Shown here piece after piece: positions 1-9,576 of a DNA stretch of 64,000 nt; within the stretch, counting starts at the first letter, position 1; the number at the start of each line of letters is the position of its first letter. The notes beneath the pieces were generated by a model that was not told where the DNA came from, ran no database searches, and was given only the letters and a program-made list of their open reading frames with translations. The translations under genes and the position numbers were made by a program. Origin of the DNA: Candidatus Cloacimonadales bacterium (GTDB lineage: Bacteria > Cloacimonadota > Cloacimonadia > Cloacimonadales > JAIOQZ01); NCBI GenBank assembly GCA_963674825.1, contig OY771587.1, positions 3,456,001 through 3,520,000 of the forward strand, given 5' to 3'.

Positions 1-1
1 G

Positions 2-667
2 GAAAAGCATAACCTCAAGGTGATCGAAGATTCAGCTCAGGCACATGGCTCACTCTATGACGGCAAGAAAGCGGGAAATCATGGCGACGGGGCAACCTTC
101 AGCTTCTATCCCGGGAAGAATCTCGGCGCATATGGCGATGCAGGTGCAATCGTAACCGGCGATGATGAAATCGCGCGGATCAGCAAGATGTATGCGAATC
201 ATGGCCGTATCAGTAAATACGATCATGAATTCGAGGGGTACAACTCGCGTCTGGACGGACTCCAGGCTGCGGTTCTCCTCGTAAAGATGAAATACATTGA
301 TGGCTGGAACAACCTGCGGAAGCAGCACGCCAAGCTGTATGACGAGCTTCTCGCAGATATTCCCGAGATAACCATTCCCAAAGTGCATCCGCTCTGCGAT
401 CCTGTCTATCACCTGTATGTGATTCAGGTCGATAATCGCGAAGTACTTAAGGCCTACCTGAAGGAGAAGGGCGTCAATACAGGCATCCATTATCCGATCG
501 GTATTCCGTTCCTGGGTGCATACGACTACCTGGGACATAAACCGGAAGATTTCCCGGTGACGCACAGCCTGCAGAACCGAGTTTTGAGCCTGCCGATGTT
601 CCCGGAAATGACTGAAGAGATGATTCGTTACACGGTTCAGTGTTTGAAGGAATACTTTAAGAAGTAA
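2..667 (+). CDS. DegT/DnrJ/EryC1/StrS family PLP-dependent sugar aminotransferase (5'-truncated by window edge)
   Basis: Motifs [26 protein letters not shown] (PLP Lys), GYNSRLD, LSLPMFP; frame is open back to the window start. Confidence 0.93.
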   Translation, partial: EKHNLKVIEDSAQAHGSLYDGKKAGNHGDGATFSFYPGKNLGAYGDAGAIVTGDDEIARISKMYANHGRISKYDHEFEGYNSRLDGLQAAVLLVKMKYIDGWNNLRKQHAKLYDELLADIPEITIPKVHPLCDPVYHLYVIQVDNREVLKAYLKEKGVNTGIHYPIGIPFLGAYDYLGHKPEDFPVTHSLQNRVLSLPMFPEMTEEMIRYTVQCLKEYFKK

Positions 668-699
668 GCTGTTATCTATTTGATCACAATAAGTTATAA

Positions 700-722
700 G
701 CGGATGGAAACATCCGTTTTTT
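700..722 (+). terminator. Rho-independent terminator
   Basis: GCGGATG-GAAA-CATCCGT followed by a T run, between convergent genes. Confidence 0.75.
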
Positions 723-746
723 CTGATTACGTTTCAATACGCCGGG

Positions 747-3038
747 CTACATCTCACTTCCGATCAGGACATACCAGGACATCTTGCCACGCTTCGAGGT
801 GCTGTCCATCATAATCACTTCCACAGGACCAATAGGGGTTCGTGCTCCAGCGCTGATTCCATATCCAACGATGTAATCGTCGGTACTGGTAATTAAATGC
901 ATATACTCACCACAGACTTTCCCTGCTCCTGCACGACCCGACAGGAACACGTTGCGGAATATCTCGTACCGTATGCCAAGATCGTATGACAAAGCGCTTC
1001 TGCCGCTGCGATGCATCCATTCGAGGCCAAGCATGGGTATAAAACGGGATTTGTCCATATGCTGTCCACCCATGAAGAAATGAAACTCGTCCGGGATTTT
1101 ATCGCCCACAACGCCACCACTGTATCCGTTAATCGTAAGTGCCCATTTCTTGGCCAATGGCACTACATTGCGCGTCTCGCCGTAGTATCGCTTGAAATGG
1201 TATGTCTGTTCAATATCTGCATCGCCTGTGTATTGGGGAACACCGTTGTAAGAGGTCATACCGTAATATCCACGTGCTTCGATATAGAAATCGATACCCT
1301 GATTCGGATATATGGATCGATCGTAAGTATCGACTGTGAGGAATCCAATGTAATCAACGAATGTCGAGTTGATCTCATGGGGAAAATAGGAAACAGTCTG
1401 AGCCTTCAAGTCCATATCGGAAGTAAAGAGTTCGACCCCGAGTCCGGCAGAAATCCTGTTATCGGATACGGTCTGCACGGTTATTTGTTGGCCCTCCATT
1501 TCGTAGTCGTAAAAGGCGTACCGGGTACCGTCGTCACCGTAGAGCCAGATATCCATCTTCTCGCCGTTCACGGCGGCTTTAAGGCCCAGGCCGGGTTTCC
1601 AACCGGGATAGTAAAAGTACTCGGTTTTCCAGGCGTAGTTTTCGCTGAGCTTGAGATCGAGCGATAGCCGAGCGCCATCCAGCCATAAGTTCTTGAAAGT
1701 CATGTTGAGCATGAGCGCAGCCTTGAGATCGCTGTTGTAGTTCACACCGACTCTCAGCTGTCCGACCTTTCGTTCCACGGCCTTGATGATGAGCTCCACA
1801 CCGTCTTCAGCGGGAGCAAGGCGATAGTTCACCAGATCGAAATCGCCCGTACCATAGAGGCGGTCAATTGCGCTTTCAAGGTCTTGCGTCGTAACCCATG
1901 TACCTGGTTCGACTTGCAGGTAGGCCAGCAGAACCCTGCCGGAGGTACGTTCAAGGCCTTCGGTACGGATGGAGGATATATAGATCGCATCCGGTGTAAC
2001 CAGCTTCTCCGGTTCCGGAGGAGTGGGGTATTGCCGCTGTTGTTTTGCGATTGCTTTGAGCTCGTTATAATGCTCCAGCGTGGCAGAAATGCCGTGGGAT
2101 ATAAGCGAATCGGCCTTCATGAAGTCGAGGAAATCGTAGCCATGCAGTTTTGGCGCGACATATACATCGATGAAGTTTCGCTCTTCATCCACGCATTTGA
2201 CGCTGTGAAACGCGATCGTTTGAGCGAGGATCTTGAAGAGCGAATTCAAGTCTTCCTCATCGGAGAGATTACCACCCACATCGATTGCGATGATGATATC
2301 AGCTCCCATCGCATCCGCGTATGAAGCCGGAAGATTGCAGGAAAGTCCGCCATCGACAAGCGTCTGGCCCTTCAGCTTGATCGGGATAAACATGGATGGA
2401 ATGGACATGCTGGCACGAAGAGCGTCAGGCAGGTAACCGTCGTCGAGTATTACTGGCTCGCCTGTTTCAATATTTGTCGCAATACAGAGGAATGGAATGG
2501 GTAGCTGATTGAAGTCGTTGATGTGGTGTGCAGAAACAGTAAGCCGGGTAAGTAGCTCATAGAGCTTCTGCCCGGATAGCAACCCCTGCGGCAGGCTGAT
2601 ATCGAAGCCTTCGATAGGGAAGGAGAGCGGATAGATTCTATCGCTTTCTTTCTCTTCGAAGGGAATACTGGAGCGCGGAATCTCGTCGGAAAGCGCTTTT
2701 TCCCAGTCGATATCGTAGGCAAGTTGCTCGAGTTGGTATGGATCATAGCCTATAGCATAGAGACCGCCGATGATCGCCCCCATACTGGTACCAGTAACGT
2801 AGTCGGGCTTGATTCCTATTTCTTCAAGCGCTTGCAATGCGCCGATGTGTGCGAGGCCAAGTGCTCCACCACCGCTGAGAACGACAGCGATTCTTGGACG
2901 ATGGTCGTCGATCTGGGGTTTCTTCGGCTCGCGAAAGCGTCTCAAGAGCCTGATCGCATCGTCTTCCGATTGCGCGGACAATATTCCGCACATCAGCAAG
3001 AAAAGTAAGAGAATGATTATTTGCGGTTTTTTAGTCAT
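747..3038 (-). CDS. Patatin-like phospholipase fused to POTRA and Omp85-type barrel (PlpD-like)
   Basis: Signal peptide; GGGALG, GTSMG and DGG patatin motifs; POTRA-like segment (IRTEGLERTS...RLYGTGDF); C-terminal beta strands (TPIGPVE). Confidence 0.88.
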   Translation of the reverse strand: MTKKPQIIILLLFLLMCGILSAQSEDDAIRLLRRFREPKKPQIDDHRPRIAVVLSGGGALGLAHIGALQALEEIGIKPDYVTGTSMGAIIGGLYAIGYDPYQLEQLAYDIDWEKALSDEIPRSSIPFEEKESDRIYPLSFPIEGFDISLPQGLLSGQKLYELLTRLTVSAHHINDFNQLPIPFLCIATNIETGEPVILDDGYLPDALRASMSIPSMFIPIKLKGQTLVDGGLSCNLPASYADAMGADIIIAIDVGGNLSDEEDLNSLFKILAQTIAFHSVKCVDEERNFIDVYVAPKLHGYDFLDFMKADSLISHGISATLEHYNELKAIAKQQRQYPTPPEPEKLVTPDAIYISSIRTEGLERTSGRVLLAYLQVEPGTWVTTQDLESAIDRLYGTGDFDLVNYRLAPAEDGVELIIKAVERKVGQLRVGVNYNSDLKAALMLNMTFKNLWLDGARLSLDLKLSENYAWKTEYFYYPGWKPGLGLKAAVNGEKMDIWLYGDDGTRYAFYDYEMEGQQITVQTVSDNRISAGLGVELFTSDMDLKAQTVSYFPHEINSTFVDYIGFLTVDTYDRSIYPNQGIDFYIEARGYYGMTSYNGVPQYTGDADIEQTYHFKRYYGETRNVVPLAKKWALTINGYSGGVVGDKIPDEFHFFMGGQHMDKSRFIPMLGLEWMHRSGRSALSYDLGIRYEIFRNVFLSGRAGAGKVCGEYMHLITSTDDYIVGYGISAGARTPIGPVEVIMMDSTSKRGKMSWYVLIGSEM

Positions 3039-5341
3039 CAGAACTTATACCCGATTGTCACGTACGAGATTCCATTTCTATTCACATTGCCTGACGACCA
3101 TGAGTATTCAATGGGACCGAAGGGGGTATCGATACCGAATGTCAGGCCGTAACCCCAAACATAATGCTTCTTGTACCAAAGATCATTGTATTCGTTCGCT
3201 GCTTTACCAAGGCCAAATGTCACGATACTGAAGAAAGAATCGTAGAACTCGTACTGGTAATTGAACATAGCCGATAGTACATTATTTCCCGATTTCTGCA
3301 TCTCATGCAGACCAACAAGCGGAACGAAACGGGTGTCACGATAAAGCTTCATACCGCCCATATGGAACTGGTATTCGGGAAATACACTGTTGTAATTTGT
3401 CATGAATCCGTAATATCCGCGGAACTGAAACGCCATTTTTTCCCAGAGCGGGAAGGCTCTAAAATAGCGGAAGAAGTATCGCTGAAAATTATCGTCTTGC
3501 TTGACGACAAATCCGTTCGTAACAGTGATCTCGGAGGTACCCGAACAAGCCCTGAAATCCGCATAGAAGTTTTTACCTCTGCGCGGATAATTGAGATCTT
3601 CCAGGGTGTCCATTTCAATTTTCGCGAAGTAATCAAACAATACACCTTCGGTTCTTTCTGCTTCAATTGCAGTAGAGGTATTGCGCAGCTCAAGTCTGCT
3701 TGCGCGTAACTCGACTCCAGCACCAAGAGAGTATGTGTTATCCAGCAGTGTTTCCGCCATTAGAGAGAGACCGCCCTGATAATAATCCCAATACGATTCT
3801 CTGCTATTGTTATTCACACCATAAGTCCACAAATCCATCTTGTCTTCCCAGTATCCGACTTCGAAACCGACACCCGGGTGGCGCCCTGTCAGGAGGTAAT
3901 AACGAACATCCCAACCATATTGATCACCCAACTTTATATTGGCCGATAGCTTGCTGCCCTCAAGCATGATGTTGCGGAATGTCCCATTGAACAGTAGCGC
4001 TGATTTGCTGACATTATCGTAATGCAAGCCAACTTTGAATAAATTCGAACTGCGTTCTTTTACTCGAACGATCAGCCTAACTCCGCCAGCGACCGGCTCC
4101 AGACGGTACATCGCAAGGTCGAAATATTGACTTCCATAAAGACGCTGGATAGCGAACTCTATCTCGGAAGGCTTGATCCACCTTCCGGGCTCGATCGTGA
4201 GTTTGCTGTAGACCAGGTCACGCGAGACGTTTTTCAATCCCTCGATGCCAATTGAAACCACATATAACGAATCGATCGTTGTTTTAGGTTCGGGTGGATC
4301 AACCTGTTGGAATTGGCTCATGTATTCGCTGAGCGCGATAAGCTCATCGCCACGTTTCTTTGCAGCCTCGTATCCGCAGGCAATTAATGTATCTGCCGCA
4401 TTGAAATCCAGGATGTTATAATCACCTGTATCGGGTGCAATGTATATATCTACCAGCTTCTTTTGTTCAGAGGTACTTCTATATCCACTGAAGCTTATCG
4501 CTTGACTGAGGATGTTGATAATACCGTTAAGCTTGTCTCGCTTGGAGGGAGTTCCTGCTACGTTAACACCGATGATGATATCAGCGCCCATATCGAGCGC
4601 GTCAGAGACCGGGAAATTACGTACCAATCCGCCATCGACGAGCAGCCTGCCATCGATTTCGAATGGGATGAACATGGACGGAATGGACATGCTGGCTCGT
4701 ATGGCGTCTGGTAGATAGCCGTGGTCGAGCACAACTGGTTCTCCTGTTTCAATATCGGTTGCAATACAGCGGAACGGTATGGGGAGTTTATTGAAATCGT
4801 GAATATGATGAATCGACATGGTCAGACGCGAGAGATAGGAGTAAAAATTCTGGCCAGCGACCAGCCCCGATGGTAACGAAATATCCATACCGCGTATCGG
4901 GAACGACAATGGATAGCGATCGGCATCCTGCTTTTCTTCGAGGGCGATCTGGTTTCGTGGCGTTTTATCGCTGAGCATGACAGCCCAGTCCTGATGCGCA
5001 ACCATGTCTTCGATCTGGCTGGAACTATATCCGACGGAGTAGAGGCATCCCATGATGCTGCCCATGCTGGTGCCCGTGATGTAATCAACTTTGATGCCAT
5101 ATTCTTCCAGCACCTTCAGTGCGCCGATGTGTGTAAGTCCGAGCGCACCGCCACCGCTTAGAACCAGTCCGATGCGTGGACGGCGTCCGAGTGTATCGAG
5201 CCTGGTGTGCTTGAGGTGTTCGAGGATTTTGTCGCCATAGTCCGGAAACATCAGGCTATCTGGCGTTTCATCAATTGCATGCAGGAGTGTAGAGGAGATA
5301 AGTACGATGATCGATAGTGCAAGGATCTTCGTCAATTTCAT
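3038..5341 (-). CDS. Patatin-like phospholipase fused to POTRA and Omp85-type barrel (PlpD-like), tandem paralog
   Basis: GGGALG/GTSMG/DGG motifs; POTRA-like segment; ends ISYVTIGYKF (BAM beta-signal-like); stop overlaps the next start. Confidence 0.9.
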   Translation of the reverse strand: MKLTKILALSIIVLISSTLLHAIDETPDSLMFPDYGDKILEHLKHTRLDTLGRRPRIGLVLSGGGALGLTHIGALKVLEEYGIKVDYITGTSMGSIMGCLYSVGYSSSQIEDMVAHQDWAVMLSDKTPRNQIALEEKQDADRYPLSFPIRGMDISLPSGLVAGQNFYSYLSRLTMSIHHIHDFNKLPIPFRCIATDIETGEPVVLDHGYLPDAIRASMSIPSMFIPFEIDGRLLVDGGLVRNFPVSDALDMGADIIIGVNVAGTPSKRDKLNGIINILSQAISFSGYRSTSEQKKLVDIYIAPDTGDYNILDFNAADTLIACGYEAAKKRGDELIALSEYMSQFQQVDPPEPKTTIDSLYVVSIGIEGLKNVSRDLVYSKLTIEPGRWIKPSEIEFAIQRLYGSQYFDLAMYRLEPVAGGVRLIVRVKERSSNLFKVGLHYDNVSKSALLFNGTFRNIMLEGSKLSANIKLGDQYGWDVRYYLLTGRHPGVGFEVGYWEDKMDLWTYGVNNNSRESYWDYYQGGLSLMAETLLDNTYSLGAGVELRASRLELRNTSTAIEAERTEGVLFDYFAKIEMDTLEDLNYPRRGKNFYADFRACSGTSEITVTNGFVVKQDDNFQRYFFRYFRAFPLWEKMAFQFRGYYGFMTNYNSVFPEYQFHMGGMKLYRDTRFVPLVGLHEMQKSGNNVLSAMFNYQYEFYDSFFSIVTFGLGKAANEYNDLWYKKHYVWGYGLTFGIDTPFGPIEYSWSSGNVNRNGISYVTIGYKF

Positions 5342-5356
5342 CCTTTCATGTCCCGG

Positions 5357-6013
5357 TTATTCGGTTGAAGTCTCTTTGGGGTAACGTTCGAGGAAGTCGA
5401 GGGCTTCCCGTAGTCCCAAGTTGGCGGCTTGTTCCACCATTTCATAGCCTTCGTCTTTTCGCCCGAGCTGAATATAGACGACGCCGAGTGCAGCCAGGGC
5501 CTGAACATGCGATTCGTCTAATGAGAGGGCTTTCTCTAGCATCGACTGCGCACTGGAGAAATTGCTTTGCTCCATTTCGATAAGGCCCATGCTGTAATAA
5601 GCTTCAACGTTGACAGAATCGAGTTCAGTTGTGCGTTTGAATGATCGCATAGCGCTGCCGAGATCGCGATTGTAGTAATAGGTAACCCCAAGGTCGTACC
5701 AGCTTTGCGCATCTTTTGGCGTCAGCTCGATCTGGTTCTTGAAGTGAACCAGCGCTTGATCGTAATCGCCCAATTTCTGATAGCACAGCCCGATATTGAA
5801 CTGGATCCCCGGATGCTCGGGATTGAGCTCCAACACCTTTTCGAAGGCTTTGATCGAACCCTGGTAATTACCATTCTGGAAGAGTTCGACAGCATCGGCG
5901 AATTGCTGTTTTGCCTGCGCAAGTTCCGGATCTTCCTCACGATGGTAGGTCTCCTTCGCGATGAGCAATCCACATAGAGAGAGCAGAGCGATCAAGATGT
6001 ATAGCTGTTTCAT
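5357..6013 (-). CDS. Exported tetratricopeptide repeat protein
   Basis: Signal peptide plus several TPR units (e.g. FNIGLCYQKLGDYDQAL, YDLGVTYY); first gene of the patatin operon. Confidence 0.88.
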   Translation of the reverse strand: MKQLYILIALLSLCGLLIAKETYHREEDPELAQAKQQFADAVELFQNGNYQGSIKAFEKVLELNPEHPGIQFNIGLCYQKLGDYDQALVHFKNQIELTPKDAQSWYDLGVTYYYNRDLGSAMRSFKRTTELDSVNVEAYYSMGLIEMEQSNFSSAQSMLEKALSLDESHVQALAALGVVYIQLGRKDEGYEMVEQAANLGLREALDFLERYPKETSTE

Positions 6014-6127
6014 GACAGATCCTTATCATTTTACAATCCATATTTGAGGAGGCTTCAAGTTTGTCAATGAATGTGATTTCACTTGACAGGAAAAAGCGAA
6101 ATGGGATGGATGTTTCGGAACTTACGT

Positions 6128-6203
6128 GGGGCTATAGCTCAGTTGGGAGAGCGCATCGTTCGCAATGATGAGGCCAGGGGTTCGAATCCCCTTAGCTCCA
6201 CCA
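6128..6203 (+). tRNA. tRNA-Ala (anticodon CGC)
   Basis: 76 nt GGGGCTATAGCTCAGTTGGGAGAGC...GGTTCGAATCCCCTTAGCTCCACCA; anticodon arm CATCG-TTCGCAA-TGATG; G3:U70 Ala identity pair; encoded CCA. Confidence 0.97.
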
Positions 6204-6308
6204 TTTCATTTTTGACCTGCTGATGCATATTATCATTTGACAATCCGATGAATCTTCCCATACTATTGAAAAGGCTTTGTATAGCCAAATTCTGACCATG
6301 GAGCATTT

Positions 6309-7043
6309 ATGTATTGTCGACACTGCGGCAAAGAGATAGGAGATAATCAGGCAGTATGTCATAACTGCCATCGGGAGCAATTCGAGCGAAACACGATGCG
6401 GGATGCTCAGTATCATAACGAGCTGCCATCGGACGATCACGAACTGCACATCGTCGAGCCGGAACCGCGTGAAGAAAAACCCTGGATACCACCTCAACCA
6501 AAGCGCGAACGACGACTACCGACCTTTCGCCGCGTGATGGTCAATCTGCTTATCGCGGTGCTGGCGATCGTTGGCTTGGTTGGTGTATTCATGCCATTCT
6601 ACAACATGCCGGCGGTGATGTCACCGGGCGAAATCTCGTTACCGGAGATCATCCAGAGTGGTATGTCGTATTTCCGCGGGGAGGAAACCCTAAGCGGAAC
6701 AAGCATCTTCGAATCATTCAGATACCTCGTCGGAATGTATGCGCAGAAGCCTGTGTTATGGTATACAGGTGGCCTTTTCATGGCGTTGGTTCCCGCGTTT
6801 CTGGGGCTGATCCTGGCTGGAATCCTGCTGCACGCGCTTAGCATGCGATACCACAAGCACGCCGGACTGCGCTGTATGCTGATCTATTCGTTCATTGGCT
6901 GGGGACTCTTCTACCTTGCTGGTCGAAGCATGGGAGTGTGGCTCGATTTCTTCGCGAATGTAGGTCCCGGCTACTGGCAGATCTTCATCGCGTTAGCAGC
7001 AATTCAATTGGTGCGGGTTCTCGATCACCCGGAAGAACGATGA
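6309..7043 (+). CDS. Membrane protein with N-terminal zinc ribbon
   Basis: MYCRHCG...CHNC zinc ribbon, then about four hydrophobic segments; GGAG RBS. Confidence 0.75.
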   Translation: MYCRHCGKEIGDNQAVCHNCHREQFERNTMRDAQYHNELPSDDHELHIVEPEPREEKPWIPPQPKRERRLPTFRRVMVNLLIAVLAIVGLVGVFMPFYNMPAVMSPGEISLPEIIQSGMSYFRGEETLSGTSIFESFRYLVGMYAQKPVLWYTGGLFMALVPAFLGLILAGILLHALSMRYHKHAGLRCMLIYSFIGWGLFYLAGRSMGVWLDFFANVGPGYWQIFIALAAIQLVRVLDHPEER

Positions 7044-9058
7044 AGCCTTATCTCATCGCATTGACGATCTTGCTGATTCTACCTCTGAGTGCTGTCGAGT
7101 ACCGGCACTATCATCGATCACCTTCTGACGAAAACGTCCCGCGAGATTTCATCAGGCGTGGCGAGGAATTCGCCGGAAACAGCATTTCCGACACCAACGT
7201 ATTCCATATTATGATGTATCTGGAATCAAGGCTGTTCACTCAGACGGAAATCGACAACGGCTACAAGCTTATGGGCAATATCATGAAGCACGTACAGCTT
7301 AAAGTAACGCCGAACATGTCACCCGAAGCAAAGCTCAAGACAGTTTACGATATCATCTCCTCCGAGATGGGCTATAAGTACGAAGCAGGAGTAAACACCC
7401 TCTGCGGGAGTTTGGGGAACAGGAGGCTTGACTGCGATATCGGCGGCTATCTCTTTCTTGCAGTAGCCATGGAGATGGATTGGCCGCTGTATGCAGTTGA
7501 AGCACCCCAACACCTCTTCGTGCGTTGGGATGACGGAAAGACAACCTTGAATTTCGAGACTACGACTGGAACCACCAGCTCCAATATCACCTATATGCGC
7601 GAAATGAAGCTCGATTCCAAGCAACTGGCCTCGGGACTTTACCTCAAGAATCTGACCTGGGAGCAGCTTATTTCCAATTTCTACCAGAACGTTGGCAACG
7701 AGCTGTCCATGATCAAGCGCTATCCAGAAGCGCTCGATATGCTGAGCCGGGCCGTCGAGTTGAATCCCGACGATCCCGATGGTTTTGTGAATCGAAGCAA
7801 CGTTCTCACCGCGTTGGGCTACTATCAACAGGCGATTGACGATTGTACACGTGCCGTGAAGCTTAATCCGAAAGAGACCAGCGCGTATATCAATCGTGGT
7901 ACTGCCAAAGATCAGATGGGCGATCATCAGGGTGCGATCGAGGATGCTCGGCAAGCATTGAAGCTGGAGCCTGATAATGCCAGTATATGGTTCAACATGG
8001 GGCTGTTTCATAAGAACATGGGGGAGACCCGTAAAGCGCTGGAGGATTATACCAAAGCGCTAGAGCTTAATCCGTCATACAGCCGGGCCTATATCAGCCG
8101 TGGATTCGTCTTTTTAGACCGTGAAGAATACAAACTTGCAGAGCGTGACTTCCGTGCAGCGTTGGAGATCGATCCGCAGAATCCCGATCCATATATTTAT
8201 CTTGGCAATCTCTACTACAAGCGTGGAGAATACGCGGCTGCGCTGAGCTACTTCGACCAGGCGCTTACCTACGCTCCTACCGATGTCACGACTCGATACA
8301 ATCGCGCGGTGGTACGGTCGCAACTGGAGGATATCAACGGAGCGCTTCAGGATTACGACCGGGTTCTTGCCGATAATCCTCAGAACGCCAACGCACGTTA
8401 TAACCGGGGGCTTCTACACAGCCAGATGGGGAATGACCGGGCTGCAATTGACGACTTCGATAGCGCTCTTGCAATGGGTTCCGACAACATGGGCGACCTC
8501 TATTCAAGCAGGGGAATGTCCAATCAGGCCCTGGGCAACTTAAAGGAAGCGATCGAGGACTATACGCGCGCGATAGCCTATGACAAGAAAGACGCGACAC
8601 TTTACTATTACCGCGGCAGTTCGCGATATGAGGCAGAAGATTACGAGGGTGCGCTGCGCGATTACTCTTCGGCGATTGATCTCGGGTTTCTGGAAGTTTC
8701 AGTCTATTACAATCGGGCGATCGTTTATCGCAAACTGAGCGATTTCAAGAAGGCTATCAAGGATGCAGGCTGGGCTGTGCAATCTGATCCCAAGTATGGC
8801 GATGCATGGCTGCTGCTTGCAATGCTGAAGCAAGAGACAGAAGATTTCAAGGGAGCGCTAAAGGATGTTGAACGTGCGATTCTCCTGAAGCCTGACAACG
8901 CTTTCGGATATATCAATCGCGCGAATATCAAATACAGGCTCAATAATTACACTGGCGCGTTAAACGACGTCAACAAAGCCCTGACGATGGATCCATCACT
9001 ACTGAAGGATTACAAGGAATTCCAGAATCACCTGATCAATCTTGTTGAACGTCACTGA
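7040..9058 (+). CDS. Exported transglutaminase-like (SirB1/Transglut_core2-type) domain protein with a long TPR array
   Basis: Start moved to ATG 7040 (ATGA overlap; MKPYLIAL signal peptide); LDC...PQHLFVRW...NFETT motif; about a dozen TPRs. Confidence 0.78.
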   Translation: MKPYLIALTILLILPLSAVEYRHYHRSPSDENVPRDFIRRGEEFAGNSISDTNVFHIMMYLESRLFTQTEIDNGYKLMGNIMKHVQLKVTPNMSPEAKLKTVYDIISSEMGYKYEAGVNTLCGSLGNRRLDCDIGGYLFLAVAMEMDWPLYAVEAPQHLFVRWDDGKTTLNFETTTGTTSSNITYMREMKLDSKQLASGLYLKNLTWEQLISNFYQNVGNELSMIKRYPEALDMLSRAVELNPDDPDGFVNRSNVLTALGYYQQAIDDCTRAVKLNPKETSAYINRGTAKDQMGDHQGAIEDARQALKLEPDNASIWFNMGLFHKNMGETRKALEDYTKALELNPSYSRAYISRGFVFLDREEYKLAERDFRAALEIDPQNPDPYIYLGNLYYKRGEYAAALSYFDQALTYAPTDVTTRYNRAVVRSQLEDINGALQDYDRVLADNPQNANARYNRGLLHSQMGNDRAAIDDFDSALAMGSDNMGDLYSSRGMSNQALGNLKEAIEDYTRAIAYDKKDATLYYYRGSSRYEAEDYEGALRDYSSAIDLGFLEVSVYYNRAIVYRKLSDFKKAIKDAGWAVQSDPKYGDAWLLLAMLKQETEDFKGALKDVERAILLKPDNAFGYINRANIKYRLNNYTGALNDVNKALTMDPSLLKDYKEFQNHLINLVERH

Positions 9059-9374
9059 GTTCCAATTGTTCGAGATCGGTGAGTAGATTGTTGTATTCGA
9101 TCGTGATCTTCTCCAGTACCCGCTGCCTGATCTGCGGAGCCAGCTCGATCAGGACTTGAAGCATGGCATCACGGGTCACCTGGTGATGTGGAATGAATGG
9201 TTTGATGATGGGGTCTTTTTCTGGGCTCAGTTCGGATAGCACTGTTTTACCGATCCATAGATCCCGGCCATCAACGGAGGCTTCGTAGGGATCTCGAATG
9301 AACGATTTGAGCTCCACGATATCCTCGAGCAGGAGCATCATCTTGTGATGCTTCGATTTCGGGTTGAATTGCAT
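9036..9374 (-). CDS. Hypothetical protein
   Basis: 112 aa ORF with AGGAG RBS; no recognisable family. Confidence 0.65.
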   Translation of the reverse strand: MQFNPKSKHHKMMLLLEDIVELKSFIRDPYEASVDGRDLWIGKTVLSELSPEKDPIIKPFIPHHQVTRDAMLQVLIELAPQIRQRVLEKITIEYNNLLTDLEQLELSDVQQD

Positions 9375-9576
9375 GTCTTACTCCTTGTACTATATTTAGT
9401 AACGCTATCGCAACAGGGAATTGTATAAGCGTTCGGATCGGATTCGTCAAGAACTTCTTTGCGTTGTCCTTTATGGCAAGCATTCAGACAAAAAACTTTA
9501 CAATATATACCGCGATGGATTTGTTTGCGTGTGGCCGATTCGCACGGTCGATAACGAAGAAGGAACAGGATAGTCT

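Noticed and set aside
6128..9400. Genomic island integrated at tRNA-Ala
   Set aside because: No integrase, and I saw no duplicate of the tRNA 3' end in the window
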